DNA of 63,259 nt, filler included, from Choristocarpus tenellus KU-1152 (GCA_964200185.2; 12 parts of 12 records of this genome joined end to end with filler, not necessarily neighbours in it); one strand, 5' to 3'; counted from the whole stretch's first letter, positions 39,406 through 54,234 are shown. Notes: generated by a model from the letters alone, not told the origin. Made by a program: numbers and translations.

Positions 39406-42042
39406 GACTAACTAATTATCCCAGGGGTTCCAGTCAGGATTGCAGGTATTGCTGCTCTCATCCTTGTGGTTGCAGGACAGCAAATTCTAGACAATTACAA
39501 CAGTCTTCTGCCCAATATGGTTCAAGAACAATTATTGACCAGTGATTTGTTGAGACCAGTAACCCTTCCATGATGATATTACATCTTCTATTCTCTATAT
39601 CCGCACTGTTGCCACTCATATTTCAGTAGTTCCTCTAACCTTGGCGAGCATCCTGGTCTTGTACCTTCCCTCTAGCACCAAATTATGCTCAGAGTTCTTG
39701 GTTGTAGAAGTACACACGCCAAAGTTTGGAGCACTCATTTGTAATTCTAAGACCGCTTACTTTGGTATACATTCCCTGCACATCAACATCTGCCAGGGGA
39801 CCTTCTATCTTGCAAGAAAATGTATGCGACACGTCCCTCCTGGGTGGTGCACAGCTCCACAATCTCTCAATTCGCAAGACCTACGCCAAAAATGCGAAGA
39901 TCAAACCAGGTTTTGGTGGGTGTCGTAGCAGTCAAAGTCACCGGTCATCGAAGTACTTGATCCAGAAACGTAAAAGGGAAAAAACAGGATCAATATGTGC
40001 AATAGAGAACGTTTGGGATAAGCATCATCGGGCCACTGATGCTGGTATTGCAAAAACGGTGGAATCTATCTGGCGCGAAGATGTCATCCATCTTCCAGTT
40101 ATGGTTCCTCTTTGCAGGTTGGTGACATCATTAAGCTTAGCACCAATAGTAGACAAGTGGGAAAGGAGCAACCACTATGGGGTGCTGTATGTTTAGGAAG
40201 TGCTATAAATCTTGGACAGAAAATAGGTGTTTGTCCCTTCTGTCGCTTGTACTTGAAATATTTGAATAGAAAACCAGAGCAATGCTAAGATTCAGGATGA
40301 ACCCTGATCCTGACCCTGATTCTGACCCTTACCCTAACCCTGCCCACAACTCTAGGACTAATCGAACATCCAAACATATAGCGCAATGCCAAGAATATAT
40401 CGATATACATAGTAGTCTTAGTACAATATCCTCACCCCTCAATCATATTTGAATTGATGCTCCCCAAGAATTGTGTTGTCCACGACTTCTAAGAAACATG
40501 AGCAAAGTTTCTCGATCTCTTTACATGCAACACCTGCATTATTTTGCCAACTCTCTGCAGATTTGATTCCCTGCTGATCATTTTTGTTGTGGTGAGATTT
40601 TAGTGTATTCAACAGTTTGCTTTTGAACCATCTCTTCCAACGCTCAAGAGCAAGAATAGATTATCCAAGCATACTTGAACATCGCAGCGTGGTGGCCTCT
40701 TCCTACATAGGCTTAATGCACCTATTCCCTTGTTACCAAGAGTGGAAACACTTAGGGCATAAGTTTCATAGATCCTAGCATGGACATTCGACATTGAGCA
40801 GATTGAAGATTGGTTGCTGTCTCCTTGAACATCTTGATTGCCTAAACGAAAGCAGGTACTTGGTGTACTGATTTCTACAACTACATCAACATTTCTCATC
40901 CCCATAATAATGTAATAGGTAGCTAAGGCAAGTGATCCTATTACTAAATGGGCTTGAGAAAGCGGAGTTGCTTCATCCATACAAGTAGCTTAGTTATCAT
41001 TCTTGTAGTAAACTCTCTGTGTCTTGCCAGGCGTGAAATCCTTGATATTATTATTTTTTTGCAAGGTCATTATTGCACACTCTAGTCTCCCAATTTCCTT
41101 TGTTGAAGTACTGGGTTGAAGAGGTTGCCAATAACAAGATTGAATTCAAGTTTAGTGATTGGGTACGTGGCTAAAACTCTCAACGAGAAGAAGCCCCTAT
41201 TAGAAGGATTCCAGTCTTGCATTTCTATGTGAAAATAGCTCTATTATTCTGGTCGAAATGATATAATGCTTGATAATTCCACATGTTCAAAGCCAATAAG
41301 AAGGGGGTGTCATAAGTGTCTGTTGCATGACCCCTTCTGGTTTTCTGCCCGCCATATTCTTGTACATTTTCATATCCATCTGATGCTGCGGATGGTTGAT
41401 CGTGCTCCTGCTGAATGACTTGCATCATAGACGTTTGAAGTCCTCATCCCATCAGAGTCTTAGATTGTAACAAGTGTATTGTAGCAACTTTGCAATGCCT
41501 CTACCACGTTTGAGAACTCTGTGAGAGGAATATTTGGCTTAATCTATGCAAAACCTATGCAGAACCTCCCAATTTGAGTGTTGCCTAGGGCACTCAATTC
41601 CAGTCAACATCATCTGTTGCCCACTCAAGCCTGTCGCATAGGGAAAACAAGGAGATGATTGCTATTTCTCCGACAGATGGAGCAATGCTCACTCCTCAAG
41701 TGTCAAAGAAAAGATTCCATTTTTCAGCAGCACGAACCAAGGCACTGGAAATGAAGTCATTAACAAAGGTGGAAGGATTGGACAGGGCAGGGTGTCAAGA
41801 AAAAAAGAAGATTGAAATTCAAGGTTCTGGTACTCCAAGAGAGAAGTGTGTGAGATCTGAGCACAAATTGTCGGATGAACTAGGGTGAGGAAAACATGGA
41901 CATTGCTCAACCTCTTACCATGGGTAGAAAAATTCTCTATTTATCACCATATGCTTCACCTGTCAATTACTGTTGAGGTCAGATTGGTAGGTTGTGTGGA
42001 GGCGAATATTTATCTCTGAACCACGATTTCAACTCCCAATGT

Positions 42043-42300
42043 GAGTGAAAGTATCTTAGAGGGTACGAGTTTTGCCCTGTTTGTCCATTTGGGGCTTGGC
42101 TTCCCATGGGTTCTTTTATGACATTTTTCGTACTCAAATGTGGTTAGGACCTAGTAAAGTGTATATTTTATAAAAATGTGTCTGGAACATGGATATTGAC
42201 ACTTGCTAACAAACACGATAGATAAAATTACATCAAAATCGCAACATTGGATTTTGGCCCCCAAATGGACGCGGCTCTACCCTCTAAGATACTTTGGCTC
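42043..42300 (-). mobile_element. MITE family A, complete, TSD ATGT
   Basis: ATGT|GAGTGAAAGTATCT...AGATACTTTGGCTC|ATGT. Confidence 0.92.
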
Positions 42301-43499
42301 ATGTGTCATAAGCAATTACAACCAATCTAATTTTTGAGGCCGATGTGTAGTTGATTCATAGTTATCCTCCATAACTGGAGACACTCTAGCCTTCAACATG
42401 TTCTTTGTGACCATACTCTGATGTGTGTAACACTATTGGGTTAATATGCTATAGTGAGTCAAAGCAGGATCATTATGACTAATGCAAATACTCAAATTCT
42501 TTAATTCTTTAATTCTTTGTACTTATCGTGTCTTTGAAAGCACTAAGAACATGAATATTTTTCAAGGGCATGAAAAAACAGGCAAAGAACAACTCAGTCA
42601 TTTTCCTGATCCAAGTCTAATGCATGACATACGAGAAAACTTCTGAATGTGCCAAAAAATATGTTTAGATTCAATACGTTGGTTGTAATGATGAAATCTG
42701 AAATACAAACCCAACCTTTACCAAGTTGGGTGGATGAAGGGTAGATGGTACAGAAGAAGCATGCATATGTCCAATAAGTCTGGGTTTTTCATTGGCTATT
42801 TGTGCCTTGTAATCAACCTGTAGCTTTATTCCAACTTGTAGTGAGGACATTTTGATAGTATTATAGAGGTTTAGGGTGAAAAGAGTTTATTTTTTGTGAC
42901 CTTTTAGCCCAATGAATACGAATACATACATGAAGAGAAGAAGAAATTGAGGTGTCTATATATACATCCCACTGCAGACCCTCTATGGGAACACCTCCTA
43001 ACAATCATCAAGCAATGGATGATGATGCTGCCGAGGACAGGGGATGGGATATGGTGATTGATGTTAATCAGGACAAGCACCACCTTCGACGTGATGAACA
43101 TCATCCATTCAATCTGGCGCAGCTTAGTACTAGGTATGTGGTGGAGTTGGTGATCCGTTTAATCGTCAGGCAGCTCTGCACTAATAACACAATATGGAAA
43201 TTCTTTCTTGACGATCAATCCACCCTTTCATGATGAATCTCTCACAAGACAGACCCAAAGTATCTGGGGGNNNNNNNNNNNNNNNNNNNNNNNNNNNNNN
43301 NNNNNNNNNNNNNNTTAATTAATTAANNNNNNNNNNNNNNNNNNNNNNNNNNNNNNNNNNNNNNNNNNNNTAACGACATGTATATATATAGTTTTCATTG
43401 GTTTCCCCCCTGACACATCTGCAAAATGTCAGAGAACATAAAATAAGAATACATTGTTGGGTGTGTGAGGTGATTTATGATTGGTGTTTTGTGTGAATG

Positions 43500-46400
43500 G
43501 CTTGTAATTCACACTTGTATAACACGTAGTGAACATGGTCCAGACATGCCAGAAAAAATTTGAACTGATGGGCGACCATGGTCTGGACATCACGGGGAAA
43601 CGTTTGACTGACCAGCTGATGGACATGAACCAGGACATGTTAGATAAACTGTGGGACTGGTCTGGACATGGACATGGACCAGCTCGACACTCTATGGACA
43701 TGGACTGGACTGAGACACGTTAAATAACTGTTGGATCGGTCCGGACAGGGACATGGACCGGTTCAATACCTAGTGCACATGGATTGAGACATGTTAAACA
43801 GTTGTGGGACAGGTGCACCCGGTGTGTGGGACTTTTTAATTTGCTGACCCAATGAAAAGCCCTGTATTTAATCAGGTTGAAGTTAGAACAGGGACCCTGC
43901 CAACCCGTTCCGTCAGTTGAAGACGGAGATAGCTGCCGCCCATGAAGAGAGAACCACGGAACCTTTGATGGCCAGAAGACAGGATGTGGTACCACGGTCA
44001 GAGCAGATTAAATGCTACGCATATATATGGTAAAAAGGGACTCTTCAGCAACAAATATCCCACCAACCGCAAGAAGTGCAACGTCTGTGGGCAGACAGGA
44101 CATTTGGCAGTGACCTGCTGCCATGAACGACAAAGGACGTAGCAAGATGGGAGGTTAAGGAGTCCAGGAGATCATGGTTGTGATGCTAGTGGAGGTGTTG
44201 GAAATGGTGGTGACAATGATGGTGCCGATGTGATTGCGATAATACTCAAGGTAATGCCTAACGTGACACAAATGTTGGGATGAGAATGTGAAAGACTGGG
44301 AGGGACCTTTCTAGTTTCTGATGACACAGACTGCGACTTGGTGAGACCAATAGATGCTAAAGAATAGATTTTGACATCGCAGTATGCAGTCAGACGACAG
44401 AGGTTTTGCTGGTGTGCGAGTTTGGATGAAGAATGTACAAGGAGAGACAAGGAGATTGTGGCCGATGGAAAGGAACACTGTTAAAAGATAGGCTACTCAT
44501 CTTGTTCCTTAATACGATACAGTTCCACCAGTCAACACTGACTTTTGATTGGTCTGTTACGTTCTGGACGTTACTTTCACTAGTTCGTGATCACCACATC
44601 AACGACAATCAGAACACCTTAGTACAGAACAGTCACTTTACGTTCCACACAAATAGTATAGTATAGTATAGTATACGTCACTATACTATGCATCACATAC
44701 TGGTTCGATTTTGTTCTCTTGTTCTCTTGTTCTCTTGTTTGTTTTTCTTTCACTCTTTTTCTTCTTATCAGCAGAAGACAGTTGTACGTTGATGGTTGAT
44801 TATTATTTCTTTCGTGACTGCCATTGATCGCTCAAAAAGCACCAAGCTCACTCTGCAAACTGTGTAACAAACACACACATGCATTCAACATCATCGGAGT
44901 TAAAACCATCCGCGGAAGCCCTTGCTAGCCAAGGTAACAAGCCTCTCTACAGAGCGGGGACTTCTTTCGTTGAGTATCACATGAAAGAACTCTGAATCCA
45001 TATCACATCATTCTGGATTGAGCAACCAAGAATACTGAATTCATATCGCATCATTCTTTGCTGAGAGAACAATGACCTCAGTCACAACAGAATAAATACA
45101 TCGGTGCTTTGCAGCACAATCACACCTATCCATAACATAGACTACGCATATCGCTCATCGGTGCTTTGCAACACTATGATTCCTCATCGCTAGTAGTCTG
45201 CGCATTTTGCTTACATGTACGATGCATTCGATTCAGGTTTCAACAAACACCACGTTGCTGGATGGGGCTTGATATAGATGGTGCTTACGCCAGAGAAAGA
45301 GGGAGTAGTATACACAGCCTCCATGAAGAAGTTTGCTGTACTGCTCACATTATATTGCAAATTATCCTCTGTTCAGACTATCTGCAAGACATCAGGGCGA
45401 TGCATTATTGTCGAGACTGACACATTGACGATTGAGGGAAACAATGAACTGGATGATCTTGTGATACCAGTGTTAAATGGCTTTTACATGGGCTACATGT
45501 ACCAGGTTTTACCTCGAGAAACCTGAACTGGATTAGTGGCTATATTAAAAATGTTGGGTTCAATTGCAACGAGTTTCATAGACGGATTGGGCATCCTCAT
45601 GAACTGATAACACGCAAGACTGGAGCAACACCTGGAATTGATATGGTTGGAAGTTGGGAACCATGTGTTGGGTGCTGTCAGTCCAAAGTCATCGTGCTCC
45701 AGAGCCACAAAGAACAGATTCTCGGGCAAGCAGGAAACTGGCTCAGATATTCACTAATCTGAGTGGGCCTAAACTATTCCATGACCATCATCGATGATTG
45801 TACGAAAATGAAACGGATACAATTCCTGGCCAAGAAGGATGGTGCGACTGGTGCACTGGCAGATTTCATCTCAGATATGGTGGTTTCGAGTTCGGAAGTG
45901 AGGCTTTTCAGGATGTGCTGACAAATCACAAGATTCGTTATGAGTTCAAAGGTACTTTTACCCCAGAATATGATGGTATACCAGAATGGGCCTTGGTCCT
46001 GATTTCAGAGAAAGTGATGGCCATAATGGTTTGTGCTGGACTTCAAGGCAGACTCAATTTGTCGGCTGAAGCTCAGAATTATACATGTCATCTCAGTATT
46101 TTTTGTGCCACTCACGCCAATGAAGATTGGATTTCACATACAAGCTGTGGCACGAAGAACAAGGCAAATAGACTGCTGAGTTTTGGGATTGTGGGTTACG
46201 TGCAGATGGCCAAACGCAACAACAAACTAGTGGTACAAGGGTTAAATTGCTTGTTGATGGGGTTAGCTGAGCATCACCGAAGGGGCTCCTGGCAAGTTCT
46301 ACATGAGAGATCACACCAGTTGATCCGACAGTCTGTAACATGGCACGCACTCCCCCCTTCAATGTCTCATGATGATGAGGAGATTATAGCTGAGGAGCCT

Positions 46401-47080
46401 GAATCGTTGTTGGATTTACTCGAGATGTTTGAGGATTTAGAGAAATCTTAGTGAGAAGGCTGCGCACGGGGAGAAATCTCGCGAGTCTCACAGCAGGGGA
46501 AGGGGTCTCGCGGTGTGTCATGTGGTCTAATGCTGCGCGAGTTCGCAGATTTTCTGCCAACACCCAAGTCTCTGAAGCCAGAATCTCAGTGTTCGAAGAG
46601 GGCTCATCAGAGGGCCATCATGAGAGACGACTGAGGGACTTCGAAATGTACAATAGCGGCTACCTTAGCTAAAGCCCTGAGTGTTGGAGAAGTAGTCCAT
46701 GAGGCTGTCTAGATGCCCATGGAGTTCCCTGACGGGCTGGCTAATACCCTGCCACCTGAACCACGATCCGGTCGGTACGCTTTACAGTCACCGGAAGCAC
46801 CATTTTGACTGGATGCCATGGCGAAGGTGTAGGAAAAACTGGTAGAGAATGGACTCTGGGGCGAGGTAAAAAAGCCTTTGGATCGCACAGTGGTGCTCCC
46901 TCGCCAGCACTTTACATTTGGTGATGACAATTGCTGTGCTGGATGGCCTGGAACTAATAGGCTCTGATGTAAGGTAGGCTTTTGTGCAGGCAAATGTCGA
47001 GGAAGGTATCTAACTTCATTGAACTAACAGAGGATGTAGCAACCACACCAGGAGCGGTTGGCAAACTCAAAAGAGGTCTC
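43500..47080 (+). mobile_element. Decayed Ty1/Copia LTR retrotransposon (gag knuckle, protease, integrase, start of RT)
   Basis: CNVCGQTGHLAVTC (CCHC) at ~44077; IVADGKEHHVAGWG protease region once the nested LTR is removed; integrase-like ORF 45798-46451 (GGFEFGSEAF...YEFKGTFTPEYDGIPE...AEAQNY...FGIVGYV); INT before RT as in Copia. Confidence 0.85.
44479..45245 (+). mobile_element. Solo LTR nested in the Copia protease region, TSD AACAC
   Basis: AACAC|TGTT...AACA|AACAC; removing it restores the reading frame. Confidence 0.88.
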
Positions 47081-47103
47081 TCTATATGGTTTGGTTCAGG
47101 GAT

Positions 47104-47230
47104 TGAGTGAAAGTATCTTACAAAATACAAATTTTCCCTGTTTGTCCATTTGGGGCTTGGCTTCCCACGTTTTTTTTTTACATTTTCCTACTCCAAAATG
47201 TTTCGGTGTAGGTAAAATGTATACGTTTTG
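47104..47230 (-). mobile_element. MITE family A, partial at contig edge
   Basis: GAGTGAAAGTATCTTA...CCTGTTTGTCCATTTGGGGCTTGGCTTCCCA. Confidence 0.8.
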
Positions 47231-47364
47231 GAGTAGATATCANNNNNNNNNNNNNNNNNNNNNNNNNNNNNNNNNNNNNNNNNNNNTTAATTAATTAANN
47301 NNNNNNNNNNNNNNNNNNNNNNNNNNNNNNNNNNNNNNNNNNACGCCGCCACAGAATCACACGA

Positions 47365-47399
<35 letters not shown>

Positions 47400-47449
47400 C
47401 TGTATGCTCTGAAAAAGACTACAGGCTATACAACCTAAATATATTACTG

Positions 47450-49700
47450 TATGCGCTAATGTGGGCAGCTTCTTCGTTCCAACTTTTTCCATCCTATGTT
47501 CCTTTCAGTGACTATAACTATCAATGCCTCATTCCCTTGTTCTGGCATGCATCAGCTAATCCTCACCTTGTCCTTCAGACATACAGTTGTCACCTGCTGG
47601 GAGGTCTTCTGGAGGAGCCACTCATCTCTCTCCTGTTGAATTCCTTCTTACCTACATCCTTCAGCCGTGCCCTCCAGTAGGGTGACTTGAAGTCAAAAAT
47701 TGGACCCTGTGCACTACCTGTCTCTTCCGCTTTCATCCTTCCACAACGTTTGACACTAGTACTTACAGGGAAGAGACGCAACACATCCTCTCAGGGCAAG
47801 AGTTGTTCTTGGGTGGGAACAATAGTTGGACATGGTCTTGTGTTAGGATTGTGAAGGTCCTAGGAGGCATGATAAATATCCAACTGTAGTAAGATAAAAC
47901 TGTTCATTACTTATGTTATTGTTACCTAGTATGACTACTATCCATCTTCGAACTTTCCTTTGTACGACAATGTCATTCGCTAAGGTCTGACAAGGGCACA
48001 TTGCTACTGCTCGATCTGAGTGTTGGAATCCTGACAAAAAGTACCCATGATGACAGTGAGGGTGGTTGGAAGTCTTGACCTTCTCTAAATGACAGTATGC
48101 TCTAGTGTTGTCTACAAAATGTTCCTAAAATAATTTCGTAAGGTAGCCCCACCACTATCCTAAAAGCCACATTGTGCACTTTATCCTCTGGGGAAAACGC
48201 TATTGGAAGTTTGCATGACCCCAATACCTGCATTGGTGGAATATTGAACCCTCTGGGGTTTGCTGGACGTAAGGTACCTTTGCCTGCTATGTTGAGCTGT
48301 GGTACATAATTTTCACCCCCCAAAGAGCAGTGCTGCACCAAACAGCAGATGAGACGTAATTCCCCCCTCCTGCACCTGTGTCAAGGAGTACCTGGACCGG
48401 CATTTTCGAGTGGACTTTGCATGGGTGCCATAGCAGGGCAGATGTCGATACTTGATTAGTACAATGGGCCGGTACCATGGCGAATATTATAGAGGTGGGG
48501 ATGGAAGCCTTAATGTCTATATTTGGAATGACATGGATCCCTGGAGCCTCAGACTCCACGGTGCAACTTAAAGACGACTCTGCAGTGTCTGGATCGGTTG
48601 GTAAGGCTACAATCGTACGCGACTCTGCAGTGGATTGAGCACCTGGAGGTCCTTGGTGGGTTCCCCTGGGAACTGTAGAAAATAGGACAGTAGTGAAGTG
48701 TACCTTATTTTGTGCATGTGAGATTATTGCGTTGAATTGAGTCCAAATTATGTCACTAAGAGATAGTACATCCGAACTATCTATGGATTTCTGACTTATC
48801 TATGGAATTCTGACTTATGCATGGAGTTTGATATTGTAGTTAAACTGTTTTAACGCGAATAATAATAAAGAAACAAGCAATAGAAGACCCGCAAAGGTCA
48901 TTCTTCTATTTTCATCCATAATTCTTTTCACTTTCAGCAAAGGGGTTCGTTTTAGGCTCCTCACCTTCTTGTCTTCACTACAGATAAATAGCAATACATT
49001 CCAGGTAAATTGCATAGGAACTACTGAGTCATCTTATGTATACCTACACTCGTCATTTATGGACAGGAAGCAGTCTTGACCATAGGCATGATGAAAGCAA
49101 ACTCAGTGTGGCTTTAGCCATGTATTGACTTCGTCCTGGGAGGCAAATGATGGAGGTAAACCTTTGCCCGAATGGTTCCGAGTTTTATCACTCGCCCTGT
49201 CCGAGGCTAGAGCAAGTGGGGATCAAAGTATAGGCTGGGGAACGGATGTGACTGGTCGAATGGGTTTTGAAGCATTGCTTTTTGGAATGAACGAGGTACC
49301 ATGTTTGCAGGGAATGGAGGAAAGTTGGGTATTTAAGGCGGCACAGACAGAGGACGAGGTGTTCTGGGTAAAAACAGGTTGAAGCATCGGCGCAAGGGCT
49401 GCCAGTACACGGCTGACAACCTCTTGGTATAGCAGTGAAGTTTGGCTTGATATCTCTTCACGCATGGACTTCTGTTGTAGTGATATAGTCCCAGTTTCTG
49501 CCCGACGATCAGGGTTTCAGCTGAGGCAGCGAAAGGGTGTGTCATGCTAGCAAACATAGCAAGCGCATCAACCATGTTACCTGAAGCAGTGTGATTCTTC
49601 TCCTTGTACAATGCAACTATTGCAGCATTTTGATTGGGGGGGATAAATTGGTCGTTTCGATTGGATAACTCTTTTTGAGATCATCAATAATCCGTTATGG
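47450..49700 (-). mobile_element. Decayed Ty3/Gypsy-like retroelement (gag-like region, aspartic protease, possible start of RT)
   Basis: VQVLLDTGAGGGNYVS (DTG active site) followed by AFRIVVGLPYEIILG protease C-terminal motif; many stops and frameshifts; boundaries approximate. Confidence 0.65.
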
Positions 49701-49899
49701 TTTAATTCGACGGTTTACTATCTCGTTCCTCAAAGGATTACTCTGCGGAAATCCTAGTGAGTGAATTTGACTTCTGATTTCTTTGCAAAAGTTTGTGAAG
49801 TAATCTGAGTTTTGTGGGCGGAAGAATTCTGGTTGGTTGAGGGCACAGAAGAAGGGAGGGGACAGAGAGAAGAACAAGAATTAGCAAGAAGGGAACGAA

Positions 49900-51527
49900 T
49901 AGTTAAGTATCGAGGGGCTAAGAGATGGAGGAGAGAAGTTAAAGAAATTAGTGGTAGGTGGAGATACAGGGGAAGAAGCAATGGTCAATATTGAAAAGGT
50001 TGCCAAGGGCTGGGGGTACAAGACAAGGAGGGCGAGAACAAGACAACCTCCGAGCAAGCTCTCATCAGAATGGATCAAGGCAGAACCCGAGCAACCTTTC
50101 CTACAGCTGAAAGAGTGAGAAAGGCCCTGTGGAAAAGGCGGGGATGCTTGAGATCAAGATATACAAATGATAGGGGAAAGCCCACGAGGCAAGGGGGATG
50201 ATGACCGTGACAATGACAAACATTGCAGATAGGTGTATGGTAGGAATGGGACATGTGTGGTGAAGTGGGTAGATTCAGACACAATGCAAGGGGTATCCGG
50301 GGAAATCCATGGAAGAAGAAATAATGGAGGACTGACCATGATGTTATGGTGGAGTGAAACAGGATTGACGCGTAAAAGATGAATCGGGATGATTCCTACA
50401 CTAGTGGTCCTGGCAGAAGTGGGAGTAAATGTTAATACCATAGGTTCTAAACACTAATACTTTATAGGTTGGTATGCACAGCAGGACAGAAAGGGTTGAG
50501 GGTCCCGCCAGAGTTATAGTCTAAGGAGTAGACGGGGATGAGTAGTAGAGTGAGCCGTTTAAGTCACAAACATGGTTTTCCGATGGAGTTCACGATAAAA
50601 AGAAAAGATAATGGGTCAAGGTAGAAGTAGTGTACCTGTGACAATCTTGTAGAGTAAGTGCAATTTAGATATTGCTTGAAATGTAGATCTGGTGCAGATA
50701 TCAGGTCTATATCGATCGGTGATGGAGTGTGTGGGTTGTTTTCCGCTGCCTATATCGTTCACTCCAACCCATATGGCAAGGAAAATCGAACAGCGTGGGC
50801 TCATCATAGAATGATGTAGAGGGGACCACCCCATTCAAGGATCACGCATGAAAAGAAAGTCAGACAAGACGAGTTTTCGAGGAGCTCGATGCGGAAAGGG
50901 TTTAATTTCGGAAAGGGGTTAAGTTATTGCTGTGTGGACACGATGCATGAATGCGTTGAATCGGGGAGGCTTATGAGGGTGTTTTTTGCGCTCTTTGCCA
51001 TGAATGTGGGATTAAACAGGAGTTCACACCTGCAGACGGCCCTCAATTTAATGGGGTCGCTGAAAGCATGGGAGTAAAGTATCTTAGAGTGCGAGTTTGC
51101 CCTGTTTGTCCATTTGGGGCTTGACTTCCCATGTTTTTTTTAGGACATTTTCCTACTCCGAAATGTTTCGGAGTAGGTAAAATGTATACGTTATGAAAAG
51201 GGTGTCCGGAACAAGGATATTGACACTTCCTAACAAACACGATAGCCAAAACTACATCAAAATCGCAACATTGGATTGTGGCCCCCAAATGAACGCGGCT
51301 CTACCCTCTAAGATACTTTAGTTAATGCTGGGTATTATTGATGAAGCTTTATTAGTTGCCCGCCTTCAAGCTCCACTACCATTCCCCCATGTCACTATCC
51401 CCAAAACAGAGTCTCTATGGGCTGAAGCTCAACACTATGTCTGTGACTTGCTCAATTGTACATCGACCACGGCTAACCCGGGTTGTATATCACTGTATGA
51501 AATGTGGTATGGCACCCCTGCACCCCT
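49900..51527 (+). mobile_element. Second decayed Copia element; integrase interrupted by a MITE
   Basis: FCALCHECGIKQEFTPADGPQFNGVAES[MITE]MLGIIDEA...SLWAEAQHYVCDLLNCTSTTANPG..YEMWYG; left boundary approximate. Confidence 0.82.
51071..51324 (-). mobile_element. MITE family A inserted in the Copia integrase
   Basis: Family TIR and body; near-TSD with ATG on both sides. Confidence 0.88.
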
Positions 51528-52506
51528 NNNNNNNNNNNNNNNNNNNNNNNNNNNNNNNNNNNNNNNNNNNNTTAATTAATTAANNNNNNNNNNNNNNNNN
51601 NNNNNNNNNNNNNNNNNNNNNNNNNNNGTGGGGTAGTAGGTAGTCATTTCAGTGACAATGGGGGGGGGGGGGGGGAGTGGGAAGGGAGGGGGAGGGGAGG
51701 TGGAGTGTCGGTACAGGAAAGAGGAGAGTGTAAGGAAGTAGACCAAAGTGCTTAAAAAGCTCTGGAACAAAAGCAAAAAGAAGCACACAGCAAGGAAGAA
51801 CTAAACAGCAAAAAATACTAAAAAATCGTGCAACTTTTTTTTCTTCTTTTAATGAGTGCAAGGAACACAAAAGATCGCACCTGTCTGTTTCGAAATTGAC
51901 CTAGTGATCGCCATTCAGAACACAAATTAGTGGGCCGGCGTGCAACAACCTTGGGCGGAGGCTAATTTTCTGGGTGCTCCAAAACACGTACCTTACTGGC
52001 GAAGTGTGACAGACCATACATAGTGGTAAAAAAACGAATGTTTTATTTCATGTATCGATAGCCTTCTTGAAGATGTCTTTCTGTCACCAAATATGACTAT
52101 GAATATGAATGACATGATAATGATATGACATCACCAAAAAAAGGTCGGTACAATATCCAATACCTAAAATAAAAAACTCGTTGGAAAAACATAAACACAG
52201 GCACAGAGTGATAGATATGAAATACATACACACACACACACACCAACAAGTACAGAGGTGTGCATTTTGGTTGTGTATGACTATCAATGGTATCATTCCT
52301 GTGAACGGATTGTTCCCCCTCCCCCCCTTGTCCACATCAGGAAAAAAGAAACGTACTTGAAGAGTTTCGGGCTTGGAACACGACGGTTTCCCAGAATGAG
52401 GCCATTTCCTCTACACTGGCTCTATGTCCAAAAAGAAAGCATTGTCATGGGGGGGATGGCGGTGTAGCAATGGTCATGGAGAGGGTGGAAGTGTGGGGGG
52501 GTATAC

Positions 52507-53121
52507 CTGAAAGCGATATCTCCTGTCCCTCCTGCTACATCCAGTACACGAGGGGCGCATTCCCCAGCCTCCCAGCCGGCCTTGATCCCCAGCATGCTTA
52601 CAAACTCATCCTTCCACACCCTGTGCATACCTGTGAGAAGATGTATACGAACTTTTTCAAAATACAATTTGCAGTATGTTTGTGATGTGTAACATAAATG
52701 CTGCCACAGTGGGCATGAGAGAGACAAATCATTTTATTTATTTTTTTCACATTGCGAACGAAAACTGTTGCTGCATTGACAGTTGATCCCAATAAAAAGC
52801 ACAGCAGGAGGACACCACATTTGCACGCTAAAACTTGGGGGATGAGTGGCAATATGTAACAGGGGTGCCAAGGCAATCCTCTACGTGTCGTTTCCTTTAT
52901 AAACAAATTATACACACAAGGTAGTCAACAGGCAAAGGACAGGCATATAATATTCAAGGAAGAGAACAGAATGAGAGTTGGTTGATTGCGATGTATTAGG
53001 ATTGTTTGTGGAAGTTAGTCACACTTACATAGTAGAAGCAAAATTTTCAGACCCTGATAACTTCTGTGATAGAAACCAGCATCAAGCAGTCAACATGCGC
53101 GCGCGCACACACACACACACT

Positions 53122-53152
<31 letters not shown>

Positions 53153-53844
53153 ATACACACACCTGGGCTTACTTTCTTCACTCTAGTGGGTCGTTCGAAT
53201 ATCCCCCGATGCACAACTTGAAATTTAGTGCCCCACAATATTTTGACCACATACATTTCAATCCAAACGTCCTCCTTAAAAGTAAACACGTCCCTAACCT
53301 GCACTCATGAGATCGTTCATGACATCATAGTTGTTTGCCACACTGCTGAATACGTCCCTCACCATTCCCTTCTTGTCTTCGGATGGCACCTAAATATGTG
53401 TCGTTGCTTGGAGAAGTTAGATGCAATTTCCCACTGTGAATAGACTCGTCTTCCCCTCTCGACTATGCCTTCACATCTAGACCACAGCTTTCAAGTATAA
53501 CCTAGTGCGCAAAACCTCCCCTGTGGACGTGGCAAAGCTGCTGTATGCTATGGTGAGAGAATGCACTTGGTACAATTAATCAGCGAGAGTTTCGTCTGTC
53601 AAACCCTCTGCTGAAGTGAAACCTCTCAAAGACATCGCTCAGCACCGATAAAAAACAATAACAAAGAATGGGAGAATTGAGAAGATGGGAAGACCGTGGC
53701 AATCTACGCTCAGTCACCACTGTGCCTTCCCGCAAATAGTCCTAAAGTCGCCACCAACACTCCACGAACAGTGGTGGGGGTAACCTTACCTGCTGGAACC
53801 CAAAGTGGGTATCCTTATCTCCGTTTGTGGTAGAGGATCCTAAC
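52507..53844 (-). CDS. COQ5: 2-methoxy-6-polyprenyl-1,4-benzoquinol methylase (COQ5/UbiE), 5' exons 53844-53790, 53389-53299, 52630-52507; start possibly ATG at 54022; 3' exons not resolved
   Basis: Spliced peptide THFGFQQ|[30 protein letters not shown]|[11 protein letters not shown]...[14 protein letters not shown] carries the UbiE/COQ5 signatures and SAM motif I; phases compatible. Confidence 0.93.
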
Positions 53845-54234
53845 CTATGGAGGTGATATAGGAGTAGCACGCAGTAGGTAAAGCAGGGCGTAACAAGGAA
53901 GCAGAGAAAGCAACCTGAGGATACGGCCCTCTAACTTTCGTCCCTCATCAAACATTTGGAGGAAATAAATAGAAAGGAAGCGGCACGTGAAGGCTTACAT
54001 GCGTGAATAACATCGAAGACATCTCCAGGCTAGGCTCCTCGGGGTGGGCTTGGATAGATTCATCTCTGTGCCAATCTGTGTTTGAAAACCTACCAAGACA
54101 TCATATACTCTGGTATTGGGAGGCTTTATGCCGTTTCGTATATTCTCCAACAGAAATCGGTGAGATTTTCATGGTGATACTCCTTCCACCTTCGCTCAAT
54201 CTCAACACTTCCCAGGAAATGGGCCATACGAGAC

